A stretch of DNA of 64,000 bases from Octopus sinensis (GCF_006345805.1 NC_043004.1:49228001-49292000); one strand, 5' to 3'. Shown: positions 1 through 11,365, counted from the first letter of the stretch. Translations and numbers: made by a program. Notes: generated from the sequence alone by a model not told the origin.

Positions 1-357
1 CTGGGTGCGATTAGGCTCGGAAAGTTTGTGAAGAATCCATTGACCCAATTTGCTGACTTTTCCAATGGCACACAAGTGCCGATGAATGATTGAATGACCA
101 AATCCAAGCTTCTCTGCTTGGTCCTTAACAGTTACGAGGGGATTTTGTTCCACCAGTGTTTGCAGGACGTCCTCGTCGAGCTCTGCAGAACTTCCAGGAT
201 GAGGCTCGTCTTCTAGGCTGTAGTTTCTGGCTCGGAATTTCTTGAACGACCGTTGACACTGGGTTACGCTTATTGTCCGATCCTCATATACTGCATTAAT
301 ATTCTTCGCACTTTCCGTTGCGTCGTTGTCTTTATTGAACTCATAAAGCAAAATATG
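1..357 (-). mobile_element. mariner (DD34D-type) transposase N-terminal HTH fragment, runs off the window edge
   Basis: Manual minus-strand translation is open: HILLYEFNKDNDATESAKNINAVYEDRTISVTQCQRSFKKFRARNYSLEDEPHPG...LGQWILHKL. This matches the mariner HTH region and the WVPHEL motif. Confidence 0.85.
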
Positions 358-593
358 CCCATGGTCCCACGCAGTGGGACTGAACTCGGAACCATGTATT
401 TGGGAAGCAAGCTTGTTACCTCACAGTCATACCTGCACCTGAATTGTTAATACTTCTACAATACACAAAATATTTTAATCCTCTTCATACAATTTCTAAT
501 AATATTTGATTATAAAAATATATAAAAGGATTTTTTAAACGTCGAATGGCTGTGAGGCTCCAACCAAGTAAAATAGGGATCGAAGGGGTCCAT

Positions 594-795
594 ACTCTTT
601 TACTTGTTTCAGCCATGTGACTGTGGCCATGCTGGAGCACCGCCTTTAGTCGAGCAAATCGACCCAAGGACTTATTCTTTGTAAGCCTAGTACTTATTCT
701 ATCGGTCTCTTTTGCTGAACCGCTAAGTTACGGGGACGTAAACACACCAGCATCAGTTGTCAAGCGATGTTGGGGGGACAAACACAGACACACAA

Positions 796-832
<37 letters not shown>

Positions 833-852
833 ACACACACACACACACACAC

Positions 853-905
<53 letters not shown>

Positions 906-1067
906 GACAGGCTTCTTTCAGTTTCCGTCTACCAAATCCACTCACAAGGCTTTGGTCGGCCCGAGGCTATACTAGAAGACACTTGCCCAAGATGCCACGC
1001 AGTGGGACTGAACCCGGAACGATGTGGTTGGTAAGCAAGCTACTTACCACACAGCCACTCCTACGCC
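594..1067 (-). mobile_element. tRNA-derived CORE-like SINE, family A, full length, with internal (TA)n(TG)n
   Basis: Head GGCGTAGGAGTGGCTGTGTGG...GGTTCAGTCCC (A/B boxes), CTTGGGCAAGTG core-like motif and GTAAAAGAG tail. Near-identical to the copies at 30213, 44989, 48563, 56255 and 63286. Confidence 0.9.
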
Positions 1068-1269
1068 TATAGGCAAAAAATGGTTGAAAACCACTGGACA
1101 AAACAGATACAGTAACATAATGAGCACATCATAACACAAAACTATCTTTCTGTGACTGTGGAACACTCCAAGCAATGCGTTGCCTACTGGATTGCCCATT
1201 ATTGAATTTCCATCGATATTTGGATGATAAAATATGAAAATAAAGAAAGAATGTGCACCATTATATAAT

Positions 1270-1465
1270 AATTCGAATTTTGGTACAAGTCCAGCAGTTT
1301 TAAGGAAGGTTGTAAGCCAATTACATCGACGCCAGTGTTAAGCTGGTATTTTATCGACTTCGAAAGGACGAAAGGCTAAGTCGAACTGGGTGCTTTATGA
1401 GCCGGAGGAAAGGCCACTAAATATTTTTACTCGATGCACTAACGATTCTGTTGGCTTGTTACCTT
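1270..1465 (-). mobile_element. Old SINE family B copy
   Basis: Degenerate reverse complement of the GCCTTTCATCCTTTCGGGGTCGATAAA central domain. Confidence 0.6.
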
Positions 1466-1689
1466 CATCATTGAGCAAAAGTAAATTGATTTGATACAAA
1501 TATGGAAAAGTAATTAATCTCTAGACACACTGGAGACATAACAAAGCAAAAAACAAACAAACAAACAAACAAACAAAAAACACACACAACAAAAAACAAA
1601 TATGTAGCAGTTTGCAGTAAAGACGTTCTTTGGAAATCACTGGCATGGGACACAGAAACTTCACTATAATGGTCTTTTGAGGAGACCTA

Positions 1690-2047
1690 ATCTAAGGATG
1701 ATATCTTTATTGGTAATCAGTGACGGAAGTTACTGGGAAAAACAATAAATATTTGCAAACAGTTCTCCCTTCATTGAAAACCGGTGATTGCCGTACGTTG
1801 ACAAGAGGCAAATACCTCGAAACTGCAGTCCGTGCGTATCACTTAGGTTTACGAGAGAGGGATGACCTCCCTTTGCAAATACCATAATTGCACAGAAAGT
1901 GTGCCTAAAGCCAGCTGGAGACGATGATCTCCTGGGGCTAAAAGCTACAGTAATACCCACCCTTAGTGGTTAGCCATATGGAGATGGCTAGTATACTTTA
2001 CGTTGTCGAGCGGTTACTGTTACATCTCGTTCAGAGATTTATTATTG

Positions 2048-2048
<1 letters not shown>
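1690..2048 (+). mobile_element. 3' end/UTR of an unclassified retroelement
   Basis: Bases ~1910-2048 recur, partly inverted, inside a TSD-flanked insertion at 52441-52857. The left boundary is approximate. Confidence 0.55.
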
Positions 2049-2049
<1 letters not shown>

Positions 2050-2079
<30 letters not shown>

Positions 2080-2238
2080 GACGGCCTTCTTTCAGTTTCC
2101 GTCTACCAAATCCACTCACAAGGCTTTGGTCGGCCCGGGGCTGTAGTAGAAGACACTTGCCCAAGATGCCACGCAGTGGGACTGAACCCGGAACCATGTG
2201 GTTGGTAAGCAAGCTACTTAGCACACAGCCACTCCTCC
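2050..2238 (-). mobile_element. SINE family A, 5' half
   Basis: Same head and core as 594-1067, ending in (TA)n. Confidence 0.85.
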
Positions 2239-2348
2239 TTTACAGCTAGTCTATCTTTGATGATAGGCCTACTCGGAGAGAACTTACCTGTGCTAAGGAA
2301 CTTCAACAGCAGTCACAACACCAGACTTAAAACCGAAATTGATCCACA

Positions 2349-2495
2349 TCATCATCATCATTGTTCGACCGTGGTCGAGACAATGGAATTTACTATGTTG
2401 CGCCAGACTTCACGGTCCATCATAGCATTACGGAGGTCCTGTTGCTGGATGCCTGTATCCCTGGAGATTACATCAGGGTAGGAGAGTGTGCGCAC
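2349..2495 (-). mobile_element. 5'-truncated RTE-clade LINE 3' end
   Basis: Translates RTLSYPDVISRDTGIQQQDLRNAMMDREVWRNIVNSIVSTTVEQ*, followed by a (TGA)n tail. TSD ATTGATCCACA at 2338-2348 and 2496-2506. Confidence 0.85.
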
Positions 2496-3100
2496 ATTGA
2501 TCCACACACACACACATACGAAGAAAAGGTTGATCGTAACTTCGAAATTTTGTTGACTGTTGGTTTCGTGAAATAGTCCTAGGCATCGGAGGCAAACCTT
2601 CGCAGTCAGTCAGCTTTTTTCCTTTGTAAAAGTTAATGCGATGCTTAAATGTATTGTGCGGTTGACTATTTTTATATCTAAGTATACATATAAAAGCTTT
2701 ATGCGTGTGTGGGGTGGGGTTAGCTGACTTCATCATTCGTCGACCCAGTTCAACTGAAGACAGAGTGAGACGAGGAAGGAAGGTGGAGTCCAATCATGAG
2801 TTCCTTCCACCGCAACTCTTAGGCTAAGTCCTACTTCCCCACCGCCAATCCGCTGCGACCTAAAGATCTTGTATTTCCTTCTAGTAATCAGCAGTATGAT
2901 GGATATATCAGCTGTGGGGGGTCGGGAAATAGTTGCCGGGTCTATCTAAATTAACAACGCTTGCTGTTCTAAAGGGAGAGGATATGTGTGAGGGAGTGTG
3001 GGTGGTCGTCTGAGGAAAAACAAAACAAGAAAGTGTGTGTGTGTGCGTATTGTGTGCTGTGTGCGTACGTGTGGGTGTGCGTATTGTGTGCTGTGAGCGT

Positions 3101-3152
<52 letters not shown>

Positions 3153-3667
3153 GAATATGACTGGCAATTCCAGTCTGTTTATTGGACGGTAAATACGACC
3201 TAGTTGTGTGTTATTCAATTTTCTAGAGTTGTTATGATGAAGAGGGGGAGGGTGAAGATGTTGGTAGAGGAGATTATGATGATTAGGATGTGGAGGAGGA
3301 AGTGGATGAAGGTGGTGGTGGTCGTGGAGGTGGTGGCAGTGGTCATGAAAGTGATGGTAATAGTAATGGTGTTGGTAATGAAGTTTGTAGTAATGGTGGT
3401 GGTGGTGTGGTGTTGGTGGTGGTGGTGGTGGTGTTAGCGGTGTTGTTCGTAGTTGTTGTTACGCTGATGTGTCAGGTCAAGCAGTATGGTGAACAACCCC
3501 ATTTGGCCCTTAAAGTGGCTCTACTGTATGCGATGTAATATTTATCCCCTCTTAAACACGGATGTTCTGTTAGAACAAACTATACTGCGGTAGATACCAT
3601 GAGAGAATCTCTCATATTGGCTTTTGGCGCAAAATGCAGGTTTGTTTATATAGCTAACGGAGAGATA

Positions 3668-4115
3668 GGATCTTTTCGGTTTGAACGGCAGTTTTTAACA
3701 TAATTTCTAGGTAGTTAAAAAATTTTAAACTTCGTATACTGGTAGAATGTGTTTATAAAACATCTTTTTCTCTTGGCTTTATTGAGAAAATTCTATGGTT
3801 TGTAAGATATTTGCTGGGTTTTTTTTTTTCAATTTTTGCAATTTCAACCAATCGATGACGTCCATTGAGGTAAAAAAAAATCATTCTGTGCTGTATGAAT
3901 ATGTCCCTCGTTTAAGAAACAGATTGGGTTTATTTACATTTCTGAAGAAAAAAGATACCCTTCCCCCCACCCATAACCCTATCCCTAACTAACCCTAACC
4001 AACCCTAAACCTAAAACAGGTTGAAATGCAATAGATAGATATTAGGGTCATAATTATGGGTGACAATTTCATATGACACCGCTAGAAAAAACTGCCGTTC
4101 AAACCGAAAAGATCC
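3668..4115 (+). mobile_element. GG-terminal MITE (Merlin-like), copy 1
   Basis: 29-bp TIR GGATCTTTTCGGTTTGAACGGCAGTTTTT, 8-bp TSD GAGAGATA (3660-3667, 4116-4123), internal CCCTAA repeats. Confidence 0.92.
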
Positions 4116-4151
4116 GAGAGATAAATCCCCGCCATCTCCAGCGTGAAGACG

Positions 4152-4194
4152 ACCAGATCACCTGAATTCGACCTTCTTTGGTCTTGTCAGTGAT
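4152..4194 (-). ncRNA. Decayed minimal type I hammerhead ribozyme motif
   Basis: AUCA-CUGACAA-GACC-aaagaa-GGUC-GAA-UUCAGGUGAU-C-UGGU. Confidence 0.55.
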
Positions 4195-4510
4195 GGACGC
4201 TCTATGAGCTGGAGGTGTCAGGGATTTATCGCCGCGCTAGCGATATAAACAAGGGTGCATTCTGCATCGAAAGCCAATATGAGAGTTTCTCTCATGGTAT
4301 CTACTGCAGTATAGCTTGTTCTAACAGAACACCCACGTTTAAGTCGGCATACATATTACTTCTCGGTATTAAAACTGCCTCTGTCGCTAATATATATGTT
4401 TTAAACAAGCTAATTGGCAAACCGCGATACCAATGTCTGCGCTGGCACTGATTTCCTATATATCGCTAGCGGAGAGATGAGTCGCTGTTAGCTTTAGCAA
4501 TCAAGTGTAC

Positions 4511-4553
4511 GTCACCGATGAGATCAAGGAAGATCGAAATCACGTAATCTGAC
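4511..4553 (+). ncRNA. Minimal type I hammerhead ribozyme motif (U4C in this copy)
   Basis: GUCA-CCGAUGA-GAUC-aaggaa-GAUC-GAA-AUCACGUAAU-C-UGAC. Helices I and II pair, and helix III is near-palindromic. Confidence 0.65.
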
Positions 4554-4667
4554 AGTCTTGGCGTTGTAACTGGTAGGTATTTATCTCTCCGCTGGCGATA
4601 TAAACAAACAAGAGAGTACATTCTGCACCAAAAGCCTATATAAGAGAATCTATCTACCGCAGTAGAT

Positions 4668-5010
4668 CTTCTTTCTTCTTCTTCTTCTTACAGTATTCAC
4701 CCGGGGTGGGTTGAGCTGGCTTCATTTACCCTCAATGCTGCATCTCTCACAAACGCCGACCAGGCCTGGCAATTTGAAGCTAACGACCGCGTGATCCCCA
4801 ACCACTCCTTATTCCAGTGGCGAACGCCGTAGATATGGGGGCCTAGGTTGGGTTCCAGATCAGCCTTGACTGTCATCAGCCAGGTTTTTCGTTGTCCACC
4901 ACATCGCTTTCGCCAGGGGAGCTGGGGCAATTGCTTCGTAGATGAATTCTCCTGGTTCTTCCTATTGCCAAGATCCTTAAAATATTCCTCATGTATTCCT
5001 CATGTATACA
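4668..5010 (-). mobile_element. RTE-clade LINE 3' fragment
   Basis: ORF 4697..4930 (RKRCGGQRKTWL...AWSAFVRD), (AAG)n tail, TSD GCAGTAGAT at 4659-4667 and 5011-5019. Confidence 0.88.
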
Positions 5011-5262
5011 GCAGTAGATACCGCAGGACATCCACATTTAAGTGGGTATAAATATTACCATTCCGTATTAATACTGCCTCTGTTGATGATATATATTTTC
5101 CAACTGTTTTCTTATTCTTTTGTTGTTGTTGTTGTTGTTGTTGTTGTTAAACTCCAAGTCATCCAAATGGAAGCAGACCTATGCAGACCTTTGATCAAAG
5201 ATATTTCAACTGTGAACTCCACTATCCTTGTTAAGGATATGCTAGGCTATATTATTGTATTG

Positions 5263-5496
5263 AAGGCGGCGAGCTGGCAGAAACGTAAGCGCGCCGGGCG
5301 AAATGCGTAGCCGTATTTCGTCTGCCGTTACGTTCTGAGTTCAAATTCCGTTGAGGTCGACTTTGCTTTTCATCCTTTCGGGGTCGATAAATTAAGTATC
5401 AGTTACGCACTGCGGTCGATGTAATCGACTGAATCCCTTTGTCTGTCCTTGTTTGTCCCCTCTGTGTTTAGCCCCTTGTGGGCAATAAAGAAATAT
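5263..5496 (+). mobile_element. tRNA-derived SINE family B (Meta-SINE-like central domain)
   Basis: AAGGCGGCGAGCTGGCAGAA...GAGTTCAAATTCC (B box)...TTTCATCCTTTCGGGGTCGATAAATTAAGTA...AATAAAGAAATA. More than 10 copies are present in the window. Confidence 0.9.
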
Positions 5497-5654
5497 ATAT
5501 TATTGTTTTAAAAGAAAGGACAAGGCTCCTGACTGAGTCATACACACTCATAGCGCCAGTTTTTCGGATTCTCTGGGGTATATACTCCCCGACGCCGCCA
5601 CCACCCCGACCACCACCATGGACGGGACGCCGCTGAGTCGCGGTAATACTCGTT

Positions 5655-5780
5655 TTTACCAGCTAAGTGAACCGAAGCAACGTCAAGTGAAGTGTTTTGC
5701 TCAAGAGCACAATGTATTGCCCGGTCCAGGAGTCGAGACAACAATCTTACGATCATACGAAGCCGGTTATATCCGGCCAA
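5655..5780 (-). mobile_element. Old tRNA-derived SINE head (family C/D)
   Basis: Similar to 16890-17001. Confidence 0.5.
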
Positions 5781-5794
5781 CTATTCTCCTTGTT

Positions 5795-5959
5795 TTATGT
5801 TCAACCTAGCCTCTCACACCTACCCTACAATGTCATTCTAAAAATAAACAATCCCATCATCGAAATCTCGAGGCTACAAGTTAATGCATGATGCATTCAA
5901 AGCAATGTGAATAAATAAGCTTTACATTTGACAGAGAATTCTGAATCCTAAAGGGTTAA
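5795..5959. mobile_element. piggyBac-like non-autonomous element end
   Basis: Terminates in ...AAAGGG|TTAA. Only one end is visible. Confidence 0.35.
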
Positions 5960-6076
5960 GACGACTTTTCCTTGTTTAAGACATCAGGGTTTGTCTTGAG
6001 GAAGACTTTGGCTACTATTTCTAGCTGGCCGAGTAACCACGTAGAGGCTTCCATGGTGGCTCAAATGAAGCTCTAC

Positions 6077-6115
<39 letters not shown>

Positions 6116-6340
6116 CGTGTGTGCATGCGCGTGTATGTGTATGTATGCGTCAGTGTGTATGTTTGTGTGCATATAAGTATCTATTTTTGTATATAAGTAT
6201 TTGCATGTGTATGTATGTGTGTATGTATGTGTGTGAATGTATGTATGTATCTATGTGTGTATTTTTTCTGCATTTTGTATGTGTATATATGAGTGTATCA
6301 GTCTTTATGCATTTGTGATGCACATGCGTTTGTGTGTGTT

Positions 6341-6371
<31 letters not shown>

Positions 6372-6577
6372 ATATTGACCGAGTTTCATCACCATGTTGA
6401 GATATCTATGTTAACACATCGTCATATATATTATCATTAACTAATGAAATAATTAATTGATTAATAGTACAGTTAATCACGGTTAGTGAGCCAATCAGAA
6501 ATTACTTGAATTAACTTGCTCATTCAGCTGAAATCATGTCTGATAGCCTTTGGCTGGAGTAAGAACGCTATTTGAAA

Positions 6578-6594
6578 GTAGTAGTAGTAGTAGC

Positions 6595-6642
<48 letters not shown>

Positions 6643-6643
6643 T
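6578..6643. repeat. (TAG)n microsatellite
   Basis: Direct reading of the sequence. Confidence 0.95.
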
Positions 6644-7109
6644 AGTCATTGGCATAGACGCAAGGCTATAAATTTCGGTGGAGAAAGAGAAGCATTTGTA
6701 GATTGAATCTATCCAAGTATTTGAGGGGTACTTTATTCAATCGACCTGGAGGAATGAAAGCAAAGTCGACTTAGTTGAGATCTGAACCTAAGACGCAAAG
6801 AGCCGGAACAAACGTTGCAAAGCAGTTTGCTCCCTGCTCTGACGTTTCTACTAATTCACTACCTTAAAATTATTTCGAGCAGAGACACAAGACTTGAAAT
6901 TTTAGCGGTGAAATAACAGTTGACTTCAGTACATGACTGTTACTTTTTTTATCGACTGCGAAAGGATGCAAGGCAAAGTTGACCTCAGTGATGAGCATAA
7001 TCTAGTTGAACATACGACTGAAGCTGGTAATAATCACTATAATCATTTTTTTTTTTTGTAAAATCTGTCCGTCTGTAACATAACTTTCGGTTCGCAGAAA
7101 TGATGGATT

Positions 7110-7870
7110 TACCTACATTGGCTGAGATAGAATCGACAATTATGGGAATAAATACTAAGAAGGCTCCTGGTCAGATTATGATTCCAGTCAGGCTTTTGAG
7201 ATATGGAAGATATGTTATTACTTCTCAAGGAAAGGATCTAAAATGGATCTTTTCGGTTTGAACGGCAGTTTTTAACATAATTTCTAGGTAACTAAAATAT
7301 TTAAAACTTCGTATACTGGTAGAATGTTTTTATAAAACATCTTTTTCTCTTGGCTTTATTGAGAAAATTCTATAGTTTGTAAGATATTTGTTGTTGTTTT
7401 TCTTCAATTTCTGCTATTTCAACCAATCAAATACTTCTATTGAGGTAAAAAAACATTCTGTGCCGTATGAATATGTCCTTCGTTTAAGAAACAGATTGGG
7501 TTTATTTACATTTGTGAAGAAAAAAAGATACCCTTTCCCCACCCCTAACCCTAACCCTAACTAACTCTAACTAACCCTAACCCTAAAACAGATTAAAATG
7601 CAATAGATCGATACTAGGGTCATAATTATGGGTGACAATTTCATATGATACCGCTAGAAAAAACTGCCGTTCAAACCGAAAAGATCCTCTAAAATAATAT
7701 GGAACAACTATCATGGTATCAGCTTGCTTGAAGCCGTTGGTAAGGTTTTTTGCCAAGTTATTACTTAAAAGATTACCAACCTGGATTTGTCCGTCGGTTC
7801 TTCCGGAGAGTTGATGTGGGTTCAGATCGGCTCGCGGCATCATGGACACGAATTCTTTTGCCATGGATCG
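7110..7870 (+). mobile_element. Degenerate RTE-clade reverse transcriptase fragment interrupted by a MITE
   Basis: Translated in pieces across frameshifts: LPTLAEIESTIMGINTKKAPG...NYHGISLLEAVGKV...LPES*CGFRSARGIMD. Confidence 0.8.
7245..7687 (+). mobile_element. GG-terminal MITE, copy 2
   Basis: Same TIRs; 8-bp TSD TCTAAAAT (7237-7244, 7688-7695). Confidence 0.92.
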
Positions 7871-8155
7871 CTTCGACATAAGCTCTGTGAGTGAAATTGG
7901 ATAAACGGAAACTCTGTAAAATTCCGTCGAGTGGAATGTTACCTGTAAATAAAATGTGATGCCTTGTCGCGTAGTGTCACGCTGATACAACTAGCATTAA
8001 TGGTACACGAGTCTCTGGGATATGCAGCCATTTTGCACACTAATTCAATAAGTAGCTCGTTCACTTAATCAAAAGTTAGTCGTTCGTACGTCATTCGTAA
8101 CGTTCGCTATATTTTGTCATATAAATACACGCCCTCACTCTTTGTGTGTGTGTGT

Positions 8156-8239
<84 letters not shown>

Positions 8240-8448
8240 AACACTAATAAACAAGGAGGAACCAAACACTCCTGCGGTCGCCAGACTAGTTTGCTAGTAC
8301 CTTAAACAGACTAGTAACTTGCACAGTACAATATTAGTAAACTTGTATTGTTTATCATGTCTCATAACTAGTTTAATAAGCTTCTGACGAGGATAGCATT
8401 TCTCACTATTTCAACCGCTTATAATTTATACAGTTGTTGTGTAATTTA

Positions 8449-9638
8449 TCTTTATATATATATAAAACTGAGAATATCTGTCTGTCTGTCTGTCTGTGTG
8501 TTTCCCTAAAACTTGAGAACTACACAACCAATTTCATTCAAATTTTACACATGCCTTACATAGGGGCCGGGGAGTGTCATCGGCAAAAAATGTTTTTAAT
8601 TTTTTGCCAAGGGCGAGCCCACAGCAATATCATATCTTCTCCACTACGATTCCCTAAAACTTGAGAACTACACAACCAATTTCATTCAAATTTTACACAT
8701 GCCTTACTTAGGGTCCATGTAGTTTCATGGGCAAAAAAATTTTGAACTTCTTGTCTAGAGCGAGCCCATAGCAATATCATATCTTCTCCACTATTTCAGT
8801 ATTACGTGTTAAAAGTGAAACAAAAACGTTTCTCTATTTTATGTCAGATACTTTCACTTTAACAATAAAAATAATAATGACAATTGAATTATATGTAGTA
8901 AGTAATAATTAAAATCAAACTAAAGTATAATATAATCGTAACATAACAAAAGTAAAAATAGCAATTGGTATAAAATTGCATCAATGATTTGAACTTGATT
9001 AAGTGGTTTCACATGAATGGGAATAAATTAAAAACAAAATTAGCGTGCAGAAATGGAATAGTCCAGATGGATAATAAAAAATTAAATTAAAGTAAAGACT
9101 ATTGTCTATAAAGTATACAATGTAGAGAAAAAAGATTTGAACACCTGGAGGAAAGCACCTTCGAAAAGTGTCTTGGTGCGACTATGAAAGGTATCTAATC
9201 AGAGGCGGTAAATTCGCCACAATAGAAGCAAGGTTCGAGTCAACGGAGCGTGCAAGGGAGTACTCGACTCGAACTTGCAAAGTGGAAATATTTTATTTTT
9301 ACCTTTATATCTGGGACGTAGAACGACCCGGAAAAAAATTTTAAATGCCTCATCCCCCCCCCCCCCGAAGTTGAGGTAGGCTGGATTGTAGCCACACTTC
9401 TATACAAGAGGGAGGACAAGATACAATTGATCGAAATTACAAGAGACGGGCTAACAATTCCAGTTTGTTATATATTTTGAGTATTGTTATCACTAGCGAT
9501 ATCAAGATATAACTTTGTATTTTGTATTTTATGTGTAGATGTATGTATATAGATGTACATGTAATATGCACACATATATATACACATATATACATGCACT
9601 AGCACTATGACCCGGCAACGACGGGTCTTTAATGCTAG
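8449..9638 (+). mobile_element. Non-autonomous Helitron
   Basis: A|TC start followed by (TA)n and (CTGT)n. The 3' end has the hairpin GACCCG-gcaacga-CGGGTC, then CTAG|T. There is an internal ~148-bp tandem duplication (8502-8646 / 8650-8793). Confidence 0.8.
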
Positions 9639-9690
9639 TAATACATGCAAAATTCTGTTGTGTTTCATTTATTTCCTTTCTTTCAAATTG

Positions 9691-9723
9691 TCCCTGAAGT
9701 AGGACACTATCCGAAACGTTGGA
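9691..9723 (+). ncRNA. Decayed minimal hammerhead motif
   Basis: UCC-CUGAAGU-a-GGA-cacua-UCC-GAAACGUU-GGA; A9 is mutated. Confidence 0.45.
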
Positions 9724-9799
9724 TTTCTCTAAATTTAAAACCTTATGCCTATGCTGAAAATCATCATCATCATTGTTGTTGTTGTTGCTGTTTGTTTGT

Positions 9800-10131
9800 T
9801 TGTTTGTTGAGCGAAGCAGTCTTCGTCCTGTAGTGAGAGGAGTCCGAAATGTGGTCCTTTGCTATTCGTAAAAGATAAAGCAACCCCTGAAACCGAGAGC
9901 ATCGACAGATGGATGAATGAGCATCCAGGCTCAGCGGTTGCGTAGGAAGTCGGGGACAAGAAACAGTAAGAAAGAGTGAGAGAAAGTTGGAACGAAAGAA
10001 TACAACAGGAGATCGTGGAGCTTTAGGTGTTTTCGCTCAATAAACACATACAACGCCCGGTCTGGGAATCGAAACCGCGATCCTCCGACCGCGAGTCCGC
10101 TGCTCAAACCACTGGGTCATAGTGCCTCTAC
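9800..10131 (-). mobile_element. tRNA(Arg)-like SINE, family C
   Basis: The head has the A box TGACCCAGTGG, a TCG anticodon-like loop and the B box GTTTCGATTCC. The body is shared with 34850-35027. Confidence 0.7.
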
Positions 10132-10439
10132 GTGTTGTTGCTGTTGTAATGATTTGGCATAAAGTAAGTAATGTTAGATAGTGAATAGATATAATTTGAA
10201 CTCATTAAATTTAAAATTTGCTAAATCCATCCGGATACCAAGGCGTTATTGAGGAGTTCGCCTTCTAGTCTATAATATATTAACCCGATGGAGGCCATCC
10301 AACTACGACTAGAGCTGTGAGTAGTTTAGATGCTTATCAGCTCCCAGCTTCCCCAGATGCAGTGACCTACCCAGAATATGTAACCAATTCAGGAGTTAGA
10401 AATATTGTCTTTCTCCAACTCCTGAATACACAGTATAAC

Positions 10440-10608
10440 TGTGATTTGCCTCAAAAATTGCTTCCATCTGATGTGCGAAGTTAAGTCGCTGTACATAGTC
10501 CCATGGTTTCAATTGTTGCCCAATGACCAATTTGTACGGGTAGAAATGCAGATCTTCATGCAAAATACGCCTTACTGATCGATTACCGATGCCAAGTTCA
10601 GTGGAATG
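10440..10608 (-). repeat. 169-bp near-identical copy of 12096-12264 (transposase interior)
   Basis: One mismatch seen by eye. Confidence 0.9.
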
Positions 10609-11153
10609 AATATAAAATTCATCGGATGCAAAACCTTTCTCTTCACACAAGACTTACAATACAGACTGCTCCCACAACTTGAACAGCATAGTTACTACAA
10701 ACGCAAATATCTTACACTAAATCCCAAAGAACTGGGATTTGTAAGGACTCGCCAAAATAAATACAGCCATTGGCAGACAAATTTCCAAGGAGTCATTAGC
10801 ACACCACAACTTCTGGCTATAGACAGATTTGCAAATGCTTAACAACACATTATTACCTCAGACCCAGACCCAAACTGTCTCTTCATACTGTCTGTAGCAT
10901 TGTTATTACTGGAGCTTTCTTACCTTCTTCAACAAGTAAGCTGTATAATACTTCCACTCAAATCCATCCGACACACATCTGCCCGTTTTCCTCTTTTCGC
11001 CCACAGCAGGCCTTTCACTAGCGTCTACATCAAATCCTTTTCCCCCACCAGAGCATTGACCCGCTCTAATACCCTTCCATCCATGTCTGCAACCACAATA
11101 CATTAACATTTATTCAGCAACAATCTTTTTGTGAAATGTCTCATTCGGTTGTA

Positions 11154-11365
11154 AGGCGGCGCGCTGGCAGAGTCGATAGCCAACTGCACAAAATGCTTAA
11201 CCGCGATTCGTCCGTCTTCATGTTCTGAGTTCGAATTCCGCCGAGCTCGACTTTGCTTTTCATCCTTTCGAGATCGAAAAAATATGTACCAATCGAACAA
11301 AGGGGTCGATATAATCCACTTACCTCCACCACGAAATTGCTGGTTTTCTGTCAAAATTTTAAATT
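11154..11365 (+). mobile_element. Older SINE family B copy
   Basis: Family B head and central domain with a different tail. Confidence 0.75.

Larger units (their letters stand above)
3535..5100. mobile_element. Retrozyme/Penelope-like array: ~355-bp tandem monomers plus an inverted monomer, carrying hammerhead motifs
   Basis: CGATATAAACAA at 4241 and 4596 gives a period of 355. Bases 3535-4200, minus the MITE, are the reverse complement of the monomer. HHR motifs lie at 4152-4194 (-) and 4511-4553 (+). Confidence 0.7.

Noticed and set aside
2282-2335. Minus-strand 38-nt exon with a strong CAG|GTAAGT donor
   Set aside because: It has stops in all three frames and no other support.
7540-7585. 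CCCTAA repeats as a telomere or fusion scar
   Set aside because: The tract is short, imperfect and always internal to the same MITE.
8372-8425. CUGACGA followed by a short stem as a hammerhead
   Set aside because: GAAA and helix III are missing; at best a deleted relic.
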